Position numbers and translations under genes: made by a program. From positions 1 through 12,814 of the forward strand of contig JBEKHC010000146.1 of assembly GCA_050012475.1 (NCBI GenBank): a stretch of 12,814 nucleotides of DNA, read 5' to 3'. This document shows positions 1-6,834 of this stretch, piece by piece. The stretch comes from Candidatus Velthaea sp. (lineage in GTDB: Bacteria; Vulcanimicrobiota; Vulcanimicrobiia; Vulcanimicrobiales; Vulcanimicrobiaceae). Under the pieces are notes generated by a model. It was not told the DNA's origin. It saw nothing but the letters and a program-made list of their open reading frames with translations, and did not search any database. Position 1 is the first letter of the stretch; every line of letters starts with the position of its first letter.

Positions 1-2
1 AC

Positions 3-59
3 GACAGCCATACGATCGAAACGATCTATGGCGCACCGGTAATAGGATCGATTGCGTGA
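3..59 (+). CDS. 3' end (partial) of a polysaccharide chain-length determinant / BY-kinase modulator (Wzz/CpsC/GumC-like)
   Basis: The frame from 3 reads DSHTIETIYGAPVIGSIA-stop (TGA 57-59). This resembles the '(V/I)ExxxGxPVLGxIP' tail that follows the second TM helix of CpsC/Wzc-type proteins. The stop overlaps the GTG of the next gene (GTGA, 56-59). It is not in the ORF track because the window truncates it. Confidence 0.6.
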   Translation, partial: DSHTIETIYGAPVIGSIA

Positions 60-652
60 CGATGTTAGCATTAGCAAAGGGCACCGAGACCGCGGGCACG
101 AGTGCCGATCGGTTCGCACTCATTTGGACGATCGTCGAGGCAGGACAAGAAATGCCGAAACTTTTGGTGGTCGCGAGCGCCAGCGCGAGCGACGATACGG
201 AGCGCCTTGCGCGCGGTATCGCGCGCGCGGCCCATGATGCGGGGCAAAGCGCTGCATATCTCTACCTCGGAACGGAGCCGCGAAAATCGCGGGAATCAAC
301 GTCCGCGTATGCTGAGTTGACGCTGCCGGTTGCCGAGTCGGCGCGGGCCTCCTTCGATGCGGCGATCAAAGCGTGGCGCGAAGCGCACGATGTGATCATC
401 GTCGAGTTGCCCGCACTCGCTGGCTGCGGGTTGGGCGCGCATGTTGCGCGCTTGTCCGACGGCGTCGTGGTCGCGGTCTGTCCGACGCGCAAAGTCATCG
501 CGGCAGACGGTGAACTCAAGGCCTTGTTGCTCAAGCTGCGCGCGCTGATCATCGGAGTCGTGAAGACGGCGCCCGCATCGCCTGCGGCATTGCCGGCCCG
601 GACGCACGACCGCGCGCTGAGTCCGCTGGCGTCACCGGTTCGGCAGCAGTGA
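56..652 (+). CDS. CpsD/CapB-like tyrosine-kinase homologue (P-loop fold) with degenerate catalytic motifs
   Basis: 198 aa. GTG start with AGGA at 44-47. The BY-kinase layout is recognisable: LLVVASASASDDTER at the Walker A position, LARGIARAAHDAG helix, HDVIIVELPAL at the Walker B position, ARLSDGVVVAV, IIGVV. It lies directly after the CpsC-like tail. Confidence 0.7.
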   Translation: MTMLALAKGTETAGTSADRFALIWTIVEAGQEMPKLLVVASASASDDTERLARGIARAAHDAGQSAAYLYLGTEPRKSRESTSAYAELTLPVAESARASFDAAIKAWREAHDVIIVELPALAGCGLGAHVARLSDGVVVAVCPTRKVIAADGELKALLLKLRALIIGVVKTAPASPAALPARTHDRALSPLASPVRQQ

Positions 653-674
653 ACGCCGGAATGCGCCGCTAATA

Positions 675-2021
675 ATGCCGGTTTTGCGCGATGATTCACC
701 GCCAGTAAAGCTAAGCCGAATGTGGCGGTACACGTTGGGCGTGGTGGCGCTGTGGGTCGTGAATCCGGAAATCCGGCGCCTCTACGATTGGCGTATCGGC
801 TCGTTTGAGATCGGATTGCTTTCGATTTTGCCGCTCCTAGCGCTGATGCCGCACGTGTGGTCGTTGACCATCGGTGGCGGCTGGCGCCGATTGCCGCCGA
901 CGGCGGCGTTCGCCGCCTGGATCTGGCTGGGAGCATTCGTGTACGGGCTGTTCGTGGCCGTCCTGTCCGGCAATGGGATTTCGGGGGCCTATGACTTCTT
1001 GAACTTCGTGCTGCCGGCCGGCGTTGGACTGTGGATTGCCGCCGATGGGACGCCGGGACCCGTCGCTTACCGGCGGGTCACCGGTATGCTCTTCGGCCTA
1101 GCCACGTTCACCAGCGTTTATGGGATCGTCCAGTATTGCGCGCCGTTTCCGTGGGATAAGTTTTGGCTCGACAGCCTTCTTGCCGCGAACCCGCCGGCGC
1201 AGGCTTTCGGGTATCCGGCTCCATTTCAGATGCGCGTGTTCAGCACGTTCAGCGACGTCGGCGCCTTTGCGTTCTTCTTGGCCCTCGTGTTGCTCTTGGT
1301 GTTGCCCAAGGTCAGGCTGGCCCGACCGCTGCTGCTCGCGCAGGTGCCGATCTGGTTTGTCGCCTTCGCCCTTACGCTGGTGCGGACGGGTTGGCTGATG
1401 TTTGCGGTCGGAACGATCGCCTACGTCGTTTGTGCACCGCGCCGCGGACAGTTCGTGCTTACGCTTGCCCTCAGTGCCGCCCTGATCGCCGGGCTAGTCA
1501 TGCTGCTCCCGACGCTCACCGGAAACGACGACGTCTTGACGTCGCTCAACACGCGGGTCGCGACTTTCTCCGATCTCGATCATGACCGGTCCCACTCGGC
1601 GCGGGAGAATCTCTACGACAACGGCGTGCGGATCGTCGCCACGGCGCCGCTGGGACGCGGGCTGGGCGTCATCGGAACCGCGACGAGACTCAGCGCGGGC
1701 GGCGAACCGACAGACTTCGATAGCGGCGTCCTCGGGCGGCTCCTCGAAATGGGCGTGCCCGGATTCGTGCTCTACGTGATGACCTTCATCGTATTGGTCA
1801 GCGCGGCGGTGCGGGTACTCCTGGAAGCGCAGCGCTCAGAGGACGTCGAACGGCAAACGCTGGCGGCGTCTGCGCTCTCGCTCGCAGCGGCGATCGTCTT
1901 CCTTCATCTCTCGCACGACCCGGGCGCGCTCACTTGGTTGGTGTTCTGGGCTGTCGAATGTCTGGCCGTCGGCGCGCTAATTCCGCGGCGAGCGCGCGCC
2001 GTTCGGCTGGGTTTCGCCTAA
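675..2021 (+). CDS. O-antigen ligase/polymerase family (Wzy/WaaL-like) integral membrane protein; probable polymerase
   Basis: 448 aa with many TM segments. Motifs include PEIRRLYDW, YGIVQY..PFPWDKFWL, RVFSTFSD.G.F, LTLVRTGW, a periplasmic loop with S..ARENLY, PLGRGLG, and DSG.L..LLEMG.PG. The polysaccharide-locus context agrees. Confidence 0.8.
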   Translation: MPVLRDDSPPVKLSRMWRYTLGVVALWVVNPEIRRLYDWRIGSFEIGLLSILPLLALMPHVWSLTIGGGWRRLPPTAAFAAWIWLGAFVYGLFVAVLSGNGISGAYDFLNFVLPAGVGLWIAADGTPGPVAYRRVTGMLFGLATFTSVYGIVQYCAPFPWDKFWLDSLLAANPPAQAFGYPAPFQMRVFSTFSDVGAFAFFLALVLLLVLPKVRLARPLLLAQVPIWFVAFALTLVRTGWLMFAVGTIAYVVCAPRRGQFVLTLALSAALIAGLVMLLPTLTGNDDVLTSLNTRVATFSDLDHDRSHSARENLYDNGVRIVATAPLGRGLGVIGTATRLSAGGEPTDFDSGVLGRLLEMGVPGFVLYVMTFIVLVSAAVRVLLEAQRSEDVERQTLAASALSLAAAIVFLHLSHDPGALTWLVFWAVECLAVGALIPRRARAVRLGFA

Positions 2022-2038
2022 TCGATGGATCCGTTGTC

Positions 2039-3289
2039 ATGCTGAACGCCAACTTCGGCGGCGCCTTCGCGCGCATCTGGTCCTTCGCTCGCGCCCGAAC
2101 GAGCGCGGCTGCCGTCGCGCAGACGATCTGCGTTCGCGTTGCACTCTTGGGCTTGAACTTCGGCACGGGCGTCATCGTCGCGCGCTCGCTGGGACCGCTC
2201 GGGCGGGGCGAGTTCGCGGCGATCATCCTCTGGCCGGCGTTCATTGCGGGTGTGGCGACGCTGGGAGCGCCGACCGCCCTTCGCTACTACTCGCGGCGCC
2301 GGCCGGAAAACGCGGCGGAGTATTACGCAGCGGCATTTGTGATCGCCTCCGTCATGGGTATGCTCGCCGGGGCGACCGGCGCGACCATGATGCCGATACT
2401 GCTGCACGATCACACTGCCGCCGTCGTGCAGACGGCGCAGGCGTTTATGGCGTTCGTTCCGCAGGTGCTCGTCGGTATGGTCATGACTGCACGCCTCGAA
2501 GCGATGGGTGACTTTCGACGATCGATCCTCACGCAGTTGTATCAAACCGTGGTTATTCTGCTCGGCCTGGCGGCGCTGCGGCTGTTCAACAACCTCAACG
2601 CCGTGACCGCGGCTCTGGCCTATACGGTACCGTGCGCCGTGCAGGGCCTTTGGCTTGCATATTCGTTCGACCTCGCGGTCATCGTGCTCTTCTTGACTCC
2701 CAGCGTGCTTGGATATTACTCGGTCGCTCTTACGCTTAGCCGCCTTTTGAACGTCGTCTACTTGTCGCTCGTCACCGTCGTGTTCCCGCGTGCAAGCAGT
2801 TTGTCGTCGGAAGACGGCATCGCGCTCATTACGCGCGCGGCACGCCTGTCGACAGCGGTCTCCGCAGTACTGGGATGCTTCTTCTTGCTCGTGATCCCCG
2901 TGTTACTGCCGCGACTGTACGGCGCCGAGTTTCGCACGGCGATTCCCCTCATGCCGTTACTTACGGCCGAAGCGATTCTGGGCGGCCTCGGCACGATCCT
3001 CAATGCGGGCTTTTTGGCCGCCGGACGGCCGCTGGTTGTGACGCTCATCGAGGCCATATCGGTCGCCTGCGCACTCGTACTTCTGTTCGTGCTCGTGCCG
3101 CGGATGAACATCCTCGGTGCCGCGACGGCGTTGTTATGCGCGGCGCTCATCCGAGCCGGCACGATCATGACGGCCTATCGATTTCTTCTTTGTCGGTCGT
3201 TTCCACGTTTGCTTCCCGATGCCGCCGATTTAGCGTATGTGCGCGTCAAGTTAGCTTGGCCGTTGCGTGCTCGCGCGGAACGATTCTAG
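2039..3289 (+). CDS. wzx: Wzx/MOP-family oligosaccharide flippase, apparently carrying an in-frame internal deletion near 2654-2665
   Basis: ATG 2039 is the likely start (the track's 1934 start overlaps the upstream gene), giving 416 aa. Motifs include GVIVARSLGPLGRGEFA, LG.YSVALTLSRLL, VVFPRAS, LYGAEFRTAIP, GRP and LVPRMNILGAA.A. The central cytoplasmic loop expected between LWLA and the D...I..FL helix is absent. Confidence 0.85.
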   Translation: MLNANFGGAFARIWSFARARTSAAAVAQTICVRVALLGLNFGTGVIVARSLGPLGRGEFAAIILWPAFIAGVATLGAPTALRYYSRRRPENAAEYYAAAFVIASVMGMLAGATGATMMPILLHDHTAAVVQTAQAFMAFVPQVLVGMVMTARLEAMGDFRRSILTQLYQTVVILLGLAALRLFNNLNAVTAALAYTVPCAVQGLWLAYSFDLAVIVLFLTPSVLGYYSVALTLSRLLNVVYLSLVTVVFPRASSLSSEDGIALITRAARLSTAVSAVLGCFFLLVIPVLLPRLYGAEFRTAIPLMPLLTAEAILGGLGTILNAGFLAAGRPLVVTLIEAISVACALVLLFVLVPRMNILGAATALLCAALIRAGTIMTAYRFLLCRSFPRLLPDAADLAYVRVKLAWPLRARAERF

Positions 3290-3303
3290 CGGAGCAGTCC
3301 GGA

Positions 3304-4444
3304 ATGAAAATCGGAATTGTCAGTACTCGTGTCGGACGCAACGACGGCGTCGGACGCGTGAACTACGAAATCGCCATGGAAGCCTTACGTGCAGGCCACG
3401 AGATCACGCTGTTCTGCGAGGCAGTGGACCGGGATTTGAGCGGTCGTCCCGACGTGCAGTTGGAGCTGATGCCAGCGGAGTGGCTGCCCACGCGGCTGCT
3501 AAAAGACGTCCTCTTCGCCTGGCGGTTGAACCGCCGCCTGTCGATCAAGGCGATCGACGAGGCTCGCAATGGACGGCACTCCTGCGATGCGATTCTTGCA
3601 AACGGACTTGTTTCGTGGAGTGCAGCGGACGTCAATGCGGTGCACTTCGTGCACAGCTCGTGGCGCTGCTCTCCGCATCACCCTTGGCATAGAAGGCGCA
3701 ATGCCTACACGATGTATCGGCGATTGTACAATGACTTTGGCGCCATGCTCGACAACGTTTCCTATCGACGCTCCAAAGCGATTGTCGCGGTATCCAATCG
3801 AGTGCGTCAAGAATTGATCGATATCGGCGTCCCGTCGGCGGTCATCACGACGATCGTAAATGGCGTCGATGCGTCTGAGTTTCGTCCGGGACCGGGCGAA
3901 CGGAGTCGGTTCGGCCTGCCGGAACGGGCACGAATCGGGTTATGCGCGCAAAAACCTCGATACGGTGTTGGCGGCTCTGGTACGCGCTCCGGAACTGCAT
4001 TTAGCCATCGCTGGCAACTACGAAAACACGCCTTGGCCGCAACTCGCAGCACAGCTCGGTGTTGCGCCGCGAGTCCACTTTCTCGGATTCCAGCGTGACA
4101 TGCCCGGTCTGATGCGGGCCTCGGATCTCGTCGTGTTTCCCTCGCGATACGAGCCGTTCGGCCTCGTGGTTCTGGAAGCGTTGGCGAGCGGCTTGCCGGT
4201 GGTAACGGCGCGCAGCACGGGAGGCGCCGAGGTGATGACGTCGGACGTCGGCTTCGTGCTCGATGATAGTGAAGATGTCGGAGCTTTAGCAAGGGCACTG
4301 TCGTTGCTCGCGTCGTCGGACGAACGACGGGCGGACATGGCGATCGCCGCGCGTCGTCTTGCGCTGCAATATTCTTGGCGCAGCATGGCAACCAAATACC
4401 TCGAGCTCCTGGAAAACGCGGCCGGGCGGACCGCGATCGTTTGA
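3304..4444 (+). pseudogene. GT4-family glycosyltransferase (GT4-1), split by a frameshift at about 3940-3943
   Basis: ATG 3304 with GGAG at 3291-3294. The N-half (MKIGIV..DGVGRV..IVAVSNRVRQEL..IVNGVD..RFGLPERARIGL) is in one frame. The C-half (YARKNLDTVL..LAIAG..VHFLGFQRDM..FPSRYEPFGLVVLEALASGLPVVT..YSW) is in the next frame and ends at TGA 4442-4444. The first frame stops at 4098. Confidence 0.9.
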
Positions 4445-4536
4445 CGCGCGAGACCTCGTCCAACCGGTTCGAGCAGGCGGTGGCGCGCGCACGACGCGGG
4501 CGGGCCGGCCTTCTCGCGGTGAGGCGAGACCAATGA
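4441..4536 (+). pseudogene. 31-aa mini-ORF; probable remnant (fused first and last codons) of a largely deleted gene
   Basis: TTG 4441 overlaps the GT4-1 stop (TTGA). The ORF reads MTRETSSNRFEQAVARARRGRAGLLAVRRDQ, and its TGA (4534-4536) overlaps the GT4-2 ATG (ATGA). Four-base overlaps at both ends match the coupling seen elsewhere in this operon. Confidence 0.45.
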
Positions 4537-5510
4537 ACGCGCTGCAGATCGGCAAGGCGTCACTCGAGTCGAGAGGCGGCGCCGACCGCTACTATTTCGA
4601 GCTGATGGATGCGCTGCAGTCGTTTGGTATCAGTGGCAGCGGCCTGGTCCTAGGCGAACCGGGCGACACTGCCGAACGCGATAGCGTCGCAACGTTCGCG
4701 CAAGAAGGAGCGAGCATCTTCGCCCGTTGGCAGGCGCTGCGCAGCCGCGTTCGCGAGCGTCTGCCCGATTGCGACATTGTTGCGTCACATTTCGCAGCGT
4801 ATGCATTCCCGGTTCTGGACATCATTCGCAAGCGCCCGATGGTCGTTCATTTTCATGGATCGTGGTCGCTCGAAAGTGCGTTCATCCACGTCATTCCCGG
4901 CGGCGTCAACATGAAGCGCTTTCGTGATCCGCGTTCACGCGCGGCCGCACGTGAGGGTCTCGGCTGGCCCGTGGATCGGCCGATCGTTCTCACGGTATCC
5001 CGTCTCGTTCAGCTCAAAGGGGTCGCCAACATGATCTGGGCGATCGAGCAGGTGCGGCAGCGCGTACCGGACGTTCTGCTCGTCGTTGCCGGTACCGGAC
5101 CGCATCGGGCATCGCTGGCACGTCAAGTTCGCGCGCGCGGCTTGTCGGACTGCGTCAAGTTGATCGGTCATGTCGGTAGCGATTTGCCGGCAGTATACCG
5201 CGCGGCCGACGTTTCGGTCGTACCGTCGCTCGCCCTTGAGACGTTCGGACTGGTGGTGATCGAATCGTTAGCCTGCGGTACGCCGGCGCTCGTCACCCCG
5301 GTCGCCGGTTTGCCCGAGGTCGTGCAAGACCTCGATCCGCGTTTGATCTGCGCGGGCACCGCCCCCGCCGAACTCGCGCAGCGTCTCATCGACGTCCTAA
5401 GCGGTGGCCTGACCTTGCCGACAAGCGAGCAGTGCCGCTCTTACGCCGCGCGCTTCGATTGGTCGATCATCGCCGGGCGCATCGCGTCGGTGTATCGCGA
5501 GGTCGCATGA
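4533..5510 (+). CDS. GT4-family glycosyltransferase (GT4-2) with an apparent in-frame deletion of about 50 aa near 4878-4883; possibly non-functional
   Basis: ATG 4533 with GAGG at 4521-4524, 325 aa. Motifs include GGADRY, VVHFHGSW, IHVIPGGV, VLTVSRL...KG, YRAADVSVVPS..LETFGLVVIESLACGTP.LVT.V.GLPEV and FDW. Only 6 residues separate HGSW from IHVIPGGV. Confidence 0.85.
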   Translation: MNALQIGKASLESRGGADRYYFELMDALQSFGISGSGLVLGEPGDTAERDSVATFAQEGASIFARWQALRSRVRERLPDCDIVASHFAAYAFPVLDIIRKRPMVVHFHGSWSLESAFIHVIPGGVNMKRFRDPRSRAAAREGLGWPVDRPIVLTVSRLVQLKGVANMIWAIEQVRQRVPDVLLVVAGTGPHRASLARQVRARGLSDCVKLIGHVGSDLPAVYRAADVSVVPSLALETFGLVVIESLACGTPALVTPVAGLPEVVQDLDPRLICAGTAPAELAQRLIDVLSGGLTLPTSEQCRSYAARFDWSIIAGRIASVYREVA

Positions 5511-6769
5511 ACGGCGTCTTGGGCGACGATCGCGTAGCAGATTCTTCGGTCGTCGGGGTAGCCGCGGCAATCTCGGTGCCTGCACGTGGACACCTTGATT
5601 GGATCGACGTACTGCGCGGCGTAGCAGCCTTGGGCGTCGCGGTGTTTCACGCGATCCCGACCTTGTGGGTCGGCGCTTTTCACCATATCGCGCGCTTTTC
5701 GGCGACAGAGTCCGTTGCGTCGCTACTCTCCTATCCTGCACGATTCGGCTACGCGGGCGTTATGCTCTTTTTCTTGCTCAGCGGTTTCGTCATCCATCTC
5801 CCCAACGCCGGCAAGCAGGAATTCGACGTGCGATCGTACGCCGCGCGACGGTTCCTCCGCATCTACCCGCCGTACGCAGCGGCACTGCTGCTCAGCGTGA
5901 GCGTCGCGCTGTTGTTGCCGCGCGTTGTCGGCTATCACGGAGGGTGGTTCGCGTTCGGCAAGGCCCTGCTCATGCTTCAGAATTACCCGCACCCGGGCGG
6001 CTCTCTGCGCTATGCGGAGCTACAACCAGCGGGCAACTTCGCGCTTTGGTCGCTACCGATCGAACTCGAATTGTATCTCGTGTATCCGCTTGTGCTGCTC
6101 GCAAGCCGGCGTTGGGGCGTGCGCCAGGCGTCGTTCGCGGTCGTAGTATCGGCGCTCGCTGCTACGCTCGTCGACATGTGCCTGGGTCCGGCGAGCGGTG
6201 TATTGTCGACGATCGCAGGCAGCGTGCCCGCATTCCTTCACTATCTCGTCATCTGGTGTGCGGGAGCCCTGCTTGCGGATCGCCTTGCGAAGGGCGATAT
6301 CCCCAAGTGGGATGGCCGGTGGACGATGTTCTTCGCGGTCGGCGCTGCGCTGTCGCTGTCGGCACGTTACGTCTTGAAGCTGCCCGTCGACGTCGAGGAT
6401 TTTCTTTGGGCATCGACCTTTTGGTGCGGTTTGGTGTGGATCGTCGCGCATCCCGGGGTCCGCGCGACGCTTGCGTCATCCGCTCTAGCCCCGATGCGCT
6501 ATCTCGGGACGATCTCGTACTCGTTGTATCTCACTCACCTTCCGACATTTTACATCATTGGCGCGGCATGCTTCGCCGCAACGGGATTCAAAACGACGAA
6601 TTTTCTAATGTGCCTTGGAGCATGCGCCATTGCTATACTCGTGGCCGCCGTCTTTTATGGACTTATCGAGAAGCCGAGCATCGCGTTTGCCGCGCGTTTC
6701 GGACGAATGCGCGCGCGAACGCGAGTGGCGAGTGCGCCGACGCTCATCTCATCTAGCAGCGACGGCTGA
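5507..6769 (+). CDS. Acyltransferase family 3 (OafA/YrhL-like) membrane O-acyltransferase
   Basis: ATG 5507 overlaps the GT4-2 stop (ATGA), 420 aa. AT3 motifs are IDVLRGVAAL.V..FH, GVMLFFLLSGFVI, RRFLRIYPPY, WSL.IE..LYL, LGTISYSLYLTH and IEKP. There is no fused SGNH domain. Confidence 0.92.
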   Translation: MNGVLGDDRVADSSVVGVAAAISVPARGHLDWIDVLRGVAALGVAVFHAIPTLWVGAFHHIARFSATESVASLLSYPARFGYAGVMLFFLLSGFVIHLPNAGKQEFDVRSYAARRFLRIYPPYAAALLLSVSVALLLPRVVGYHGGWFAFGKALLMLQNYPHPGGSLRYAELQPAGNFALWSLPIELELYLVYPLVLLASRRWGVRQASFAVVVSALAATLVDMCLGPASGVLSTIAGSVPAFLHYLVIWCAGALLADRLAKGDIPKWDGRWTMFFAVGAALSLSARYVLKLPVDVEDFLWASTFWCGLVWIVAHPGVRATLASSALAPMRYLGTISYSLYLTHLPTFYIIGAACFAATGFKTTNFLMCLGACAIAILVAAVFYGLIEKPSIAFAARFGRMRARTRVASAPTLISSSSDG

Positions 6770-6834
6770 TGCCCTTGTACGCGCTGTCGATCGTTCAGTG
6801 ATCCCGATGTGCGCTGCGCGGATAGAGCACGCGA

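Noticed and set aside
2875..3303. N-terminal 143 aa of track ORF 2875..4098
   Set aside because: This is an off-frame shadow of the flippase. GT4 similarity and an RBS begin at ATG 3304.
3950..3954. A5 run as a phase-variation or programmed frameshift site for GT4-1
   Set aside because: The run is short and lies after the frame switch. Slippage there would not restore the missing conserved residues.
4359..4532. Extended N-terminus of track ORF 4359..5510
   Set aside because: It overlaps GT4-1 and does not look like protein sequence. ATG 4533 has an RBS and gives the typical GT4 start.
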